Part shown: positions 1-8,283 of the stretch, one piece after another
How positions within the stretch are numbered: the stretch's first letter is position 1
Layout of the letters: every line of letters begins with the position of its first letter
Origin: a virus
IMG/VR virus record: IMGVR_UViG_3300049846_002551
Span: 1-64,000 of that record
DNA length: 64,000 bases
Direction: 5' to 3' (one strand)
Made by a program: the position numbers and the translations under genes
Notes under the pieces: model-generated
The model's database searches: none
What the model was told of the DNA's origin: nothing
Seen by the model: the letters and a program-made list of their open reading frames with translations, nothing else

Positions 1-268
1 TTCTAGAGTTCTTGAAGTACTGTGCATCTCGTTGAGCACGTCTATACCCTTCTTCAGCAATTGCTCGTAGTCTTTTTTGCGTGGCAAGCTCTTGTTTGAG
101 TTTAGTGATTTCAGATGCAGAAGCAATGGTGCTTACACCGCAGTATGGACACCACCATTCCAATCCCTTAATCGACGCCTTTTCGTAAAAATCCTGAGCA
201 AGCGCATAGGGTGCGTGGCAACTATAACAATTGATGATGGTGAAGACATAAGTGTGTTCAAAAGTCAT
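1..268 (-). CDS. Zn-finger/coiled-coil phage protein, runs off the window start
   Basis: Not in the ORF track. Manual translation from ATG 268: MTFEHTYVFTIINCYSCHAPYALAQDFYEKASIKGLEWWCPYCGVSTIASASEITKLKQELATQKRLR..., open to position 1; CxxC...CxxC followed by a coiled coil; AGGA upstream. Confidence 0.7.
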   Translation of the reverse strand, partial: MTFEHTYVFTIINCYSCHAPYALAQDFYEKASIKGLEWWCPYCGVSTIASASEITKLKQELATQKRLRAIAEEGYRRAQRDAQYFKNSR

Positions 269-384
269 GAGCGTTCCTATCTTGTTTATACCGTAGTGGA
301 AATTTGGGCTTGCTGGGAGCGGGAGAGGCGTACTTAATTCGTTTATAAACGCGAGTAGCGCGAAAGAACACGGAAAAAGCTGTC

Positions 385-606
385 CTAGGACCTGCGGCTA
401 TTCGAAACACGGTGCCATGCCCGATTCCCGCTGAGAATTTTTTCGATTTCTTTTTGCACATCGATACCCTCTTTGTGGAGTTCGCGTAATGCGAAAAGTC
501 GTTGTGTTTCTTTAACGCGAAAGCGCGGAGACGAGTAGGGACCACCAAGCGGAGCCGAGTCTGGAGCTATAGGTTTATTGTTGGGGATTTCGTAGATTCG
601 AGACAT
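385..606 (-). CDS. hypothetical protein
   Basis: ORF 385..735; likely start ATG 606 (MSRIYEIP...), which removes the overlap with the upstream gene. Confidence 0.5.
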   Translation of the reverse strand: MSRIYEIPNNKPIAPDSAPLGGPYSSPRFRVKETQRLFALRELHKEGIDVQKEIEKILSGNRAWHRVSNSRRS

Positions 607-622
607 AGGATTAGCCAGTGTA

Positions 623-847
623 TCAATTAGGTTTCTCGGTTTGTGGTTGCTCTTTCGGTGCATGATTATCATCGGCTCGTTGTTTGTTGACTTCTGGATT
701 GTAAAATGGGTCGTAAGTTGGCCCATAAGCGGCATATCCGGATTCTTGACAATGCGTAAACAACAACATTATGATTACGAGTCCTATCACGATTATAGTA
801 GTGATGTAACGAATGGTTTGTTGCTCTGAGTAATGTGGATCGTTCAT
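623..847 (-). CDS. small single-TM membrane protein
   Basis: Hydrophobic segment ITTIIVIGLVIIMLLF; packed in the minus-strand run of small genes. Confidence 0.55.
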   Translation of the reverse strand: MNDPHYSEQQTIRYITTIIVIGLVIIMLLFTHCQESGYAAYGPTYDPFYNPEVNKQRADDNHAPKEQPQTEKPN

Positions 848-855
848 GATAGTTC

Positions 856-1242
856 TTATTTAGAGGTTTCTTCAGGAGTGGGTCGATTAAACCACGCGAA
901 AATGTAATCACGTAAATCTTGGTAATCAATGTTTCCCGCTTTTAAACTAACGGTTAGAACAAAATGTCCACCTTCTAAATGACAAAGAAAGCTTCGTCCC
1001 CAGACACCAGTTGGATTTGAAATCATTGCGCGGAAAACATCTTCGTTGCCACTCCATCCGCCTGTAGATATTAAGTAGATTCCGTCGCGCTCGACGTAAC
1101 TACTGTAATCGGGATTCATGGCTTCAATACAGAATAGGAGCCAATCTTTTTCTTCACCGATTGGTACTTCCCAATTGCGTATGTAATCGAGAGTTTCCTG
1201 TGTTGGGTACTCGCCGTTTTCGTCGAACTCTGGTTTAATCAT
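856..1242 (-). CDS. phage hypothetical protein
   Basis: 128 aa; STGGWSGNE motif that I recall from phage hypothetical proteins; TGGTAGAAT -10 box upstream at about 1264-1272. Confidence 0.7.
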   Translation of the reverse strand: MIKPEFDENGEYPTQETLDYIRNWEVPIGEEKDWLLFCIEAMNPDYSSYVERDGIYLISTGGWSGNEDVFRAMISNPTGVWGRSFLCHLEGGHFVLTVSLKAGNIDYQDLRDYIFAWFNRPTPEETSK

Positions 1243-1305
1243 TGCGTTTTACTGAACAACTGAATTCTACCACGGATTGAAAAATTAAACGGGTTTGAGG
1301 GGGAC

Positions 1306-1336
1306 TTGACAAAACTACTCCTGAGTTAGGTATACT
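1306..1336 (+). promoter_or_regulatory. sigma70-type early promoter (TTGACA-N19-TATACT)
   Basis: TTGACA 1306-1311, GG-TATACT 1331-1336; shares TTGACAAAACTACT with the promoter at 5787. Confidence 0.7.
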
Positions 1337-1353
1337 GGTTTTCGAGGTGAAGA

Positions 1354-1710
1354 ATGAAAACGGTTATTAAACACGGAGTTCACTATCAGATTCTACACGA
1401 AACGGTTTTTAAGCCGTATGCAATTACAAAGCCTGTCGCACCGAACAGCATTCTTTGGAAACGTACCGGAAAAATGGATTCCAAAGCGCGACAAGTATTT
1501 CAAAAAGGACGTGGAATTATAGGAACTGTCACCAGTTCACATAGCTATGATAAGTGGTTGCGAAAACCGCGTGAGCAAGAGCTAGCTCAAGTTGAAGAAG
1601 CGTATCAAGAATTCAAACTTGCGGATAAAAAGTATCGAGAAGCCCTAAAGCGTTGTTTCGAAAAAGCAAACAAATTAAGCTGGGCTGAAATTAAAAGGGA
1701 GACACATTAG
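1354..1710 (+). CDS. hypothetical protein (probably early)
   Basis: 118 aa; strong SD GAGGTGA; first gene after the TTGACA promoter. Confidence 0.75.
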   Translation: MKTVIKHGVHYQILHETVFKPYAITKPVAPNSILWKRTGKMDSKARQVFQKGRGIIGTVTSSHSYDKWLRKPREQELAQVEEAYQEFKLADKKYREALKRCFEKANKLSWAEIKRETH

Positions 1711-2135
1711 TGATTCGTTGGAACATCAACGATGGCGGAAGAGCCGAAGCAGGTTATCGCGGAAAAACTGGAGATTGTGTTGTAAGGGCAATTACAATTG
1801 CAACTGGGATTCCTTACAAAGAAGTTTACAACGCCTTAGCTATTGAACAAGCAACGGTGCGTGGACGCAAGACTTGTAGACGTGGAGTAGCTCGACCAGT
1901 TTATGATCGATTCCTAAAAGACTTAGGGTGGACCTGGGTACCGTGTATGACAATCGGAAGTGGATGCAGAGTGCATTTGCGTGAAGATGAACTTCCAAAC
2001 GGAACGATTATATGCAGACTTTCTAAGCACCTTGTAGCCGTTATCGATGGGATTCTGCAAGACACCTATGACTGTTCGAGAATGGGGACACGGTGCGTGT
2101 ACGGCTACTATGAAAAGCGAGAGGGCTATCAATAG
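1710..2135 (+). CDS. conserved phage hypothetical protein (DCVVRAI motif)
   Basis: NDGGR..AG..G..GDCVVRAI.IA...HLVAVIDG...DT.DC motif pattern; abuts the previous gene. Confidence 0.8.
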   Translation: MIRWNINDGGRAEAGYRGKTGDCVVRAITIATGIPYKEVYNALAIEQATVRGRKTCRRGVARPVYDRFLKDLGWTWVPCMTIGSGCRVHLREDELPNGTIICRLSKHLVAVIDGILQDTYDCSRMGTRCVYGYYEKREGYQ

Positions 2136-2297
2136 AAGGGAGTGTACTAATAGCCCCGTTTAAGGATTTACGACCAGCACAGTCTCACTTGTGTTGCCCT
2201 TAAACTCGATTCCTGCAAGTGCGACGGTTTGCACGTCGGTAACAGTTCACTATGCGGATTTTACCGGAACGGTCCGAGAGCGAGTACAATTCGCATC

Positions 2298-2618
2298 ATG
2301 GCAGAAGTGAATGCGGCAATTATGGCTCCGCTCCAGAGTTACAATGATTGGAACATTGCGTTAACAACCGTTTCTCCGGACAATCGAGCAATATTCGATG
2401 ATGAACTCGCTTCTGGCACAACCTATCAACTTCGGGCTGTAAACCTGCTCGATAAACATACCGTGAAAACTTCTCAAACGTATTCCAGTTTACGGGCGTG
2501 TGTTTCCGAACTCGATGTGTGGCTGACTGCTGTGTTAGCGGTGAAGTTTGGGACACCGTTTGCGCGAATTATAATTAGCTCAAACGTAAACGCATACCAT
2601 CCGCAATCTATCGCCTAG
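2298..2618 (+). CDS. hypothetical protein (leaderless start)
   Basis: In frame with ORF 2229..2618; TACAAT (2285-2290) lies 7 nt before ATG 2298. Confidence 0.65.
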   Translation: MAEVNAAIMAPLQSYNDWNIALTTVSPDNRAIFDDELASGTTYQLRAVNLLDKHTVKTSQTYSSLRACVSELDVWLTAVLAVKFGTPFARIIISSNVNAYHPQSIA

Positions 2619-2639
2619 TTTCCGGTATAACCAGACTGT

Positions 2640-2936
2640 ATGGATATTCTGGTTACAAAACCGACTGACCTAGAAGGTTACGTATTAATCCCCAATGTGA
2701 CGACTGAAAAAGTTCACAGTTACTTCCGCGAAACGGAGCCTGGGGTTTGGAAAAACATTTCTGCTTTAACGTTTGATACGCTGGAGCGCAACGCATCGAT
2801 TGATTTATTGTTAATTGAGATCAAACGTGCGAAAAACGATATGGATGCTGTTATTATTCGGTTAGGAAGCCCATTGGAAGCCTTACAAGATTTTGGCTTA
2901 CGCTTTGATGCTCACTCGATTTTCTTTAATCTTTAA
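2640..2936 (+). CDS. hypothetical protein
   Basis: 98 aa; GGTATAAC lies 8 nt before the ATG. Confidence 0.65.
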   Translation: MDILVTKPTDLEGYVLIPNVTTEKVHSYFRETEPGVWKNISALTFDTLERNASIDLLLIEIKRAKNDMDAVIIRLGSPLEALQDFGLRFDAHSIFFNL

Positions 2937-2977
2937 AGAAAAGAAGGTGGCAAGCATCCATACTCACCACCTTTGTT
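2937..2977. terminator. bidirectional intrinsic terminator
   Basis: AAGGTGG...CCACCTT stem (2944-2973), A-rich on the left and T-rich on the right, between convergent units. Confidence 0.6.
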
Positions 2978-3026
2978 GTGTAGCCGCCTTCGGGGGAGGT
3001 GAAATCCGGCTACACGTAACACGGAC
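2938..3026 (-). ncRNA. putative anti-Shine-Dalgarno small RNA 1
   Basis: TGGTATACT -10 at 3041..3033; 9-bp stem 2978-2986/3007-3015 with a loop reading GAUUUCACCUCCCCCGAAGG on the minus strand; terminator follows; no ORF. Confidence 0.6.
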
Positions 3027-3042
3027 GATAAAAGTATACCAT

Positions 3043-3639
3043 TTAAGCGGCGTCTGAGAGCAAATTTTCTTTTTCTTCGTCTAAACAGGTTCGTAATTTG
3101 GTTTGAATGTCGCTTATGATTCCTGCAACTCGTGATTCGCTAAGTTGGAGTTTTTTAGCGCAAGTTTTATGATCCCAGCCTATGAGTTTGAGTTCAAGAA
3201 CCTGTTGTTGCCTGATAGTACATCGATGCCATAGCTTTTCGATTAGTAAATCTGTTTCAATGATAGATTGTGCGTTGTGCGCTAAGAAGTTTGATTTCTG
3301 GATTGAAGAGGACGAGACTTCAAGTAGATACGTAAAATCGTGTCCAATCATATTGTCCGGTAATCGTGGATACGTTCGAGTGCTACCGTGCGATTTTGAA
3401 TAACGGCGAAGGCATTGAACCATTTCTTTCTTAATCATGTAGTAAACATATGTGATTAGTTTTGCCCCAACTGAAGGATCGTATTGCTGGAGCGCACTAA
3501 AAACCGCGATTCTTCCTTCTTGAATCAAATCTTCTATAGTGATTGAATAAGGTGTCGCAATACGAATATATTTTTTCGCTAGTGTGTGGATTAGCGGTAA
3601 CCATTTTTCAATCTCTTTCTCGACGTTCGCTTCTATCAT
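3043..3639 (-). CDS. RNA polymerase sigma-70 family factor (regions 2 and 4)
   Basis: EDLIQEGRIAVFSALQQYDPSVGAKLITYVYYMIK (region 2) and a C-terminal HTH. Start taken as ATG 3639, 7 nt after TGTATAAT; the track's 3699 start lies inside the upstream hairpin. Confidence 0.85.
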   Translation of the reverse strand: MIEANVEKEIEKWLPLIHTLAKKYIRIATPYSITIEDLIQEGRIAVFSALQQYDPSVGAKLITYVYYMIKKEMVQCLRRYSKSHGSTRTYPRLPDNMIGHDFTYLLEVSSSSIQKSNFLAHNAQSIIETDLLIEKLWHRCTIRQQQVLELKLIGWDHKTCAKKLQLSESRVAGIISDIQTKLRTCLDEEKENLLSDAA

Positions 3640-3657
3640 ATTGCAGATTATACAGTT

Positions 3658-3727
3658 AAAAAAAGTCCCGTATGGTGCAAAAGGAGGTGAAATCACCATA
3701 CGGGCATCGTAATGGTTCTGACTTACG
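3658..3727 (-). ncRNA. putative anti-Shine-Dalgarno small RNA 2
   Basis: GGTACAAT -10 at 3741..3734; perfect 11-bp stem 3667-3677/3694-3704 with 16-nt loop AUUUCACCUCCUUUUG, followed by U7 (A7 at 3658-3664). Confidence 0.65.
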
Positions 3728-3761
3728 TTTAAAATTGTACCTGGCCTTTTTTCTATAAATG

Positions 3762-3797
3762 AAAACCCTCCGCTCGAAAATCAAGCGGAGGGTTTTT
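3762..3797. terminator. intrinsic terminator
   Basis: AAAACCCTCCGCT...AGCGGAGGGTTTT 13-bp inverted repeat just downstream of 3816..4241(-). Confidence 0.8.
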
Positions 3798-3815
3798 AGA
3801 ACGCAGAGTTGAATT

Positions 3816-4241
3816 TTAAGCGGGTTGGAAAGCCAACTCAAGATGATCGAGTCCACCAGCAACCAGTTCAACTTCAACTGAGGCTTCATAGGTCACATCG
3901 TTAATCGTGACTGAGCCTTTCAAAATACCAGTAGCTCCCGCTTCACCAGGATTAAAGGTGTCCATTGCATCGTTGACTTCACCAAAGTTCCCATTAGTGG
4001 GTTCCGCAGTAATAGTCAAGTCTGATGCGCTGAGGTCAATTTCGTTGCCTTCAGCATCGGCCCCTTTAGCTGTGATTTTAATGGGCTGGGTTGCGTCAAG
4101 TTGTAATGACATGATTAGTCTGTATCTCCTAGTTTGATTTATGATGCCTCGTGCCCACCAATAGCCCATTACTATTCCGGTAATCAATGCCCAAGACATT
4201 AAAATCGAAAAAGAAACTATCGGTGATACTTCGGCGAACAC
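3816..4241 (-). CDS. Ig-like domain protein with N-terminal TM; possible second start at ATG 4112
   Basis: GTG 4241 is 6 nt after TGGTATATT; internal AGGAGA 12 nt before ATG 4112 (MSLQLDATQPIKITAKGADAEGN..., beta-rich Ig-like). Confidence 0.7.
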   Translation of the reverse strand: MFAEVSPIVSFSILMSWALITGIVMGYWWARGIINQTRRYRLIMSLQLDATQPIKITAKGADAEGNEIDLSASDLTITAEPTNGNFGEVNDAMDTFNPGEAGATGILKGSVTINDVTYEASVEVELVAGGLDHLELAFQPA

Positions 4242-4261
4242 TACTTTAATATACCAGGTTT

Positions 4262-4918
4262 TCAGTACTGATTGTACTTTGGAGGCTGTTTGTACGCCAC
4301 CACTTTAGCGCGAATAGAGTTGTGCGGAATAACGAATTGACCGTAAGATGGGTAGAAAGGCGTTTTTAACTCTCGTGCTTTTTGGATGAGTGTTTCAAGC
4401 TTTGGTGCAAGGTCATGGATGGATCGCAATTTATTAATAGGAAATCCCCAACGTTTTCCCAACTTTGAATCAAGGGGTTTTAAATCAGGAATCATTTCAT
4501 CGGTATACGCCCAACCAATAAGGTCTACAATGTAATCGGATGGAGTTCTACATGCGATTAAGAAAATACGATCTACTTTTCCATTTCGAAACGGGAAACG
4601 GCTTTTTGGCGCGAAAAATATTTCCGAGTTTATTGAAGCCGTTCGTCGCATACTTTTAACCATGAGGGGAACTACCGTCTCGTCGCGTGTAAAGTCTGCT
4701 CGGTAATACCGTTTATTTTTTGGGTCTTTTGTTTGTGAGTAGTTTAAATTAAACGCTTTTGCAACTGCCAATTGTGCTAATACTGAAACAACATGCAGTT
4801 GAGCCGCAGACTCAATCTGTGCCATTTTGTTTTCAAGTTTGTATTTACGAATGTTGATGCGCTGATTAGCGAGTTTATAGGCTTGGTCTACTTCTTCGTT
4901 TGTAAGAACGATTCGCAT
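4262..4918 (-). CDS. hypothetical protein, possibly a degenerate PD-(D/E)xK-like fold
   Basis: 218 aa; AQLAVAK...ADF...MVKS...LIGW pattern resembles a phage nuclease-like family with the acidic residues altered. Confidence 0.6.
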   Translation of the reverse strand: MRIVLTNEEVDQAYKLANQRINIRKYKLENKMAQIESAAQLHVVSVLAQLAVAKAFNLNYSQTKDPKNKRYYRADFTRDETVVPLMVKSMRRTASINSEIFFAPKSRFPFRNGKVDRIFLIACRTPSDYIVDLIGWAYTDEMIPDLKPLDSKLGKRWGFPINKLRSIHDLAPKLETLIQKARELKTPFYPSYGQFVIPHNSIRAKVVAYKQPPKYNQY

Positions 4919-5145
4919 TACTTGTTAACAAGCTGTCCACCAGAAAGCGGGGATTCAACGAATTTAACATGAAACGGGTGCGCTTCGTGGTAAATAGTTT
5001 TTCGTAATTCTGCATGCAATTTGTTTTGATGAACGACACGAATATGTAGCCCTCTGGTTTGCCTCATTTCGACGGAAGTAATTCCGTGCGATCCTACGTA
5101 TCGAACCGCCAGTTCTTGAGCCATTTCGGTTATATTTTTTGGCAT
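4918..5145 (-). CDS. hypothetical protein
   Basis: 75 aa; its stop overlaps the next start (TAATG). Confidence 0.65.
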   Translation of the reverse strand: MPKNITEMAQELAVRYVGSHGITSVEMRQTRGLHIRVVHQNKLHAELRKTIYHEAHPFHVKFVESPLSGGQLVNK

Positions 5146-5162
5146 GAGTTTGAATTTTTAAA

Positions 5163-5756
5163 CTAAATTTTTTCAGCTTGCACGTTTCCTAGTGGACGTA
5201 GAATGGGCCGATTACTGAGGTCTAGGTCTTGATTTGGATTAAATATTGTTCCAGCAATTCGAATTGTGTCTGGCGTTTCTTTCCACGGTCTAGCTTGTAA
5301 TTCGATGTTTGTTTCTTTGAACATTTGACGAGTAGCTTCGAGCCCTTCTACCCAAGTTTGGCTATTAAGCATATGCTTTGTGAATTCACGCATAGCGTTT
5401 TCATCAAACACGACACGTTTAATTCCTGTTTGTACAATTCCACGAGCGCAGTCCGCGCATGGCATAAGAATAGTGTAAAGAGTGCACCCGTCTACAGCAA
5501 CACCGTTTCTAATTGCGTTGTCGATGGCGTTCCGTTCTGCATGCGCCATCCAATGATATTTATTAGGACGATTCCAGCGCGGATCGTCATCCTCAAATTC
5601 GGCGATGCCTCTAGGCCACCCGTTATAACCTGTGGATCGAATTGTTTGATCTGGAGCTACAATAACTGCTCCAAGTTGTGTGGATAAATCTGGAGAACGT
5701 TGTGCGATTAAGTAAGCAAGACGGATGTATAAATCATCCCATTCAATTCGGTGCAT
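5163..5756 (-). CDS. dCMP deaminase
   Basis: STGYNG, HAERNAI and PCADCA zinc motifs. Confidence 0.95.
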   Translation of the reverse strand: MHRIEWDDLYIRLAYLIAQRSPDLSTQLGAVIVAPDQTIRSTGYNGWPRGIAEFEDDDPRWNRPNKYHWMAHAERNAIDNAIRNGVAVDGCTLYTILMPCADCARGIVQTGIKRVVFDENAMREFTKHMLNSQTWVEGLEATRQMFKETNIELQARPWKETPDTIRIAGTIFNPNQDLDLSNRPILRPLGNVQAEKI

Positions 5757-5786
5757 GTTTCTTATTCTACCATTTCTAATCGTACA

Positions 5787-5817
5787 TTGACAAAACTACT
5801 GTATATTGTGGTACACT
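5787..5817 (+). promoter_or_regulatory. sigma70-type early promoter (TTGACA-N19-TACACT)
   Basis: TTGACA 5787-5792, TGG-TACACT 5812-5817; first 14 bp identical to the promoter at 1306. Confidence 0.7.
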
Positions 5818-5838
5818 CAGACAATCACGGAGGACGCA

Positions 5839-6537
5839 ATGGGGAGAAGCAGGGAATTCACGGCATTCACTAATAACGACTTAGCAGAAGCTTATGCACG
5901 AACGCGCAATCAACAATACAAATCGGAACTGGTTTTTCGATACGACGCACTTGTTATTTCTTGTTGTAAAAAATATCGAGAACGACGCGATTATGAAGAT
6001 ATTGTACAAGAGGGGAGGTTAGCGTTTTTACAGGCTCTTGAAACCTATAATCCGGATGTTGCAAAATTTAGTACGTTGATGGTGTACTATGTTAAAGGAA
6101 AAATCAGTCATTACATTCGAGACAAATCGGAGATAATTCGAACCCCATCTTGGATTATGGAGCACTACCAAAAAGAAGCTGTAGCTTCTGCCGCTTTGGA
6201 AGCTACTTTTAATCGCAAACCCACACTAAACGAACTAGCTTATGCGCTGGGAATGACACCAAAACGACTGTACGACATACATACTAAGAGTCCAGGTTGC
6301 CGCGAATGTGAAGAACTAGACCTGGCCTCTAATTTCACCGAGTACACTGAAGATTCCTTGACGCCTTCAGAACTAAGTGCTAATATTTTTGGGGGTAAAA
6401 CGCATCTAGATGATCATTTATTTTTAGATCAAGAAGAAAAATTCTACCTTAAAACAGCATCGGTATCAGAGTTAATGCGGACTTTTAAAATAGGGATTTT
6501 TGATGCCAAGAAGCTGAAAAAGCTAGTTAACTCGTGA
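5839..6537 (+). CDS. RNA polymerase sigma-70 family factor (SigB/SigF-like regions 2 and 3)
   Basis: EDIVQEGRLAFLQALETYNP..AKFSTL..YYVKGKISHYIRDKS.IIRTP and RKPTLNELAYALG; GGAGG before ATG 5839. Confidence 0.88.
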   Translation: MGRSREFTAFTNNDLAEAYARTRNQQYKSELVFRYDALVISCCKKYRERRDYEDIVQEGRLAFLQALETYNPDVAKFSTLMVYYVKGKISHYIRDKSEIIRTPSWIMEHYQKEAVASAALEATFNRKPTLNELAYALGMTPKRLYDIHTKSPGCRECEELDLASNFTEYTEDSLTPSELSANIFGGKTHLDDHLFLDQEEKFYLKTASVSELMRTFKIGIFDAKKLKKLVNS

Positions 6538-6631
6538 CACAATTGTAGAATGGTGTTCCAGATTTTTTCATAAGAAGAGTTTGTCAGCCATCATTCCTCG
6601 GTCTACTTGCTAGACAGGAGATATAACTCAT

Positions 6632-7042
6632 ATGAGCCAAATGACTGATGCCTTTGAGAACTGGGTGCTAAACCAAGCGTTCGGAAAAACGCCAGGGTTC
6701 ACACTTGGAACTCAATTCTGGATTGCCCTTTGGTTGGGTGACCCGACAGATACAGGTACAGGAGCGACTGAAAACGCTTCCGGTACTTCATATGGTGCTT
6801 ATGCCCGTGTGACGCTTCCAGCGTTAATGGGCACTGCAACATCGGGTTACATCAACAACATTACTGATATTGTGTTCCCTCAAGCGATTGCAAACTGGGG
6901 CAACATCACACATATTGCAGTAATGTCGTCCGCGACAGGTGGAACGATGATTGTGTATGCGTCATTAGCGGCAACTGTTACGATTAACAACAACGAACAG
7001 TTCCGAATTAACGCATCCAACCTGACGTTCCAGGCTCTGTAG
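6632..7042 (+). CDS. small phage virion/tail-fibre-associated protein
   Basis: MSQMTDAFENWVLN...WIALWLGDPTDTG...YARV...VFPQA..NWG.ITH.A..S..TGG pattern typical of this virion family; SD AGGAGA. Confidence 0.8.
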   Translation: MSQMTDAFENWVLNQAFGKTPGFTLGTQFWIALWLGDPTDTGTGATENASGTSYGAYARVTLPALMGTATSGYINNITDIVFPQAIANWGNITHIAVMSSATGGTMIVYASLAATVTINNNEQFRINASNLTFQAL

Positions 7043-7072
7043 ACTTTTAAAGCTTACATTCACCCTGTCCGT

Positions 7073-7106
7073 AAAAGCCACCTCGGTATACTGGGGTGGC
7101 TTTTTT
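7073..7106 (+). terminator. intrinsic terminator
   Basis: AAAAGCCACCTCGG-tata-CTGGGGTGGCTTTTTT. Confidence 0.85.
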
Positions 7107-7152
7107 GATTTGGTAATTCAATCAGAATTTATGTGAAAATTTTCGTTGCGTC

Positions 7153-8283
7153 ATGCCGTATCTTCGTCCAAATAGCGATGTTTCAAATCCCGGTGGTTGG
7201 GTTGACCAGGCGGGAGGAACTACTAATCTCTATTCAACGATTGATGAAGTAACAGCAGATGACACGGATTACAATAAAGGTCCTAACTGTCCAACTAACG
7301 CGGCGATGACAGTTGGACTACAGTCCGGAACTGATCCTGAATCTTCTAGTGGTCATGTGGTTCATTTTAGAGCGAGACATCCGGCTGGTTCAGTACCTGC
7401 AACGACACTTACAGTATCACTTTTACAAAATGGAACATTAATCAGTTCTTTAGCTCAATTACTTCCGATTAGCAACACGTGGGTGGATTATTCTTTCACT
7501 CTTACTGGGTCTGAAGCAGATTCGATTACAGATTACTCACAGCTTCAACTGAAATTTAATTCAACTAGAAGTACGGCCTGTTTGGGAAGTCCGCATTCTG
7601 AAGTTTCTTACGCTGATTTATTGCTACCTGTGCCGCCAGGAAAAGTATTCGCTACAATAGCGATCACGTCTACTGTTGCGGGAGTTTCAGTTAACAACGC
7701 GACTGCGGTTAGCATTGTTATAATTAGTTCTGTTGACACTCCAACGGTTCGTGTACATACTACTCATCTTGTTGGGTTGTTTGGTCTTAATAATCCACTA
7801 ATTAGAATTTCGGCTCAAGATGTTTTAGCCCAAGGTTACACACCTGTTGCAGGATTTGGGCAAGTTGTTATTAGTGCATCAATTGTAGAAAATTCGTTAA
7901 AGGGTCAACCAAGCTTTAGTCAAGTAGTTATTAGCTCACCTTTAATCATCGAGAATTCACTTAAAGGTCAACCTAATTTTTCACAGGTTACTATTAACTC
8001 TTTAACGGCACAACCGATTGTTGTTAAGACGGCGAAAATACCTAGCACTACTATAATTGATGGATTAACAATTATCCACGCGCTTGCTCCGTTAAGAGTT
8101 GTCGGAAGCAAAATGGTGGTTAATCCTGTCCATACCGAAGTCGCGGTTGGGGTGCTATTGATCACATCTTTGGTGCAAGCCAACGGGTATACGAATCCAT
8201 TAACCTTTGGGCAATTGATCATCATTGGTTCCGTGATCGGAAGCCAAGTTAGCAGTATTCGCAGAGTGTTTTTGATTACTTAG
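7153..8283 (+). CDS. putative virion fibre protein (beta-sandwich head plus 21-aa repeats)
   Basis: N-terminal domain homologous to the C-terminus of 41356..42945; C-terminal half paralogous to 10023..12326. Confidence 0.7.
   Translation: MPYLRPNSDVSNPGGWVDQAGGTTNLYSTIDEVTADDTDYNKGPNCPTNAAMTVGLQSGTDPESSSGHVVHFRARHPAGSVPATTLTVSLLQNGTLISSLAQLLPISNTWVDYSFTLTGSEADSITDYSQLQLKFNSTRSTACLGSPHSEVSYADLLLPVPPGKVFATIAITSTVAGVSVNNATAVSIVIISSVDTPTVRVHTTHLVGLFGLNNPLIRISAQDVLAQGYTPVAGFGQVVISASIVENSLKGQPSFSQVVISSPLIIENSLKGQPNFSQVTINSLTAQPIVVKTAKIPSTTIIDGLTIIHALAPLRVVGSKMVVNPVHTEVAVGVLLITSLVQANGYTNPLTFGQLIIIGSVIGSQVSSIRRVFLIT

Noticed and set aside
2987-3060. Plus-strand GGAGGTG loops (also 3683) as SDs of type I toxin peptides or CsrA-binding sites
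   Set aside because: No start codon at usable spacing; promoters and the U-tract of copy 2 point to the minus strand. A 2-bp cUUCGg in copy 1 leaves slight doubt about strand.
3656-3889. Track ORF 3656..3889 and the 3699 start for the sigma gene
   Set aside because: They run through a terminator, a promoter and the anti-SD hairpin; ATG 3639 has a perfectly placed -10 box.
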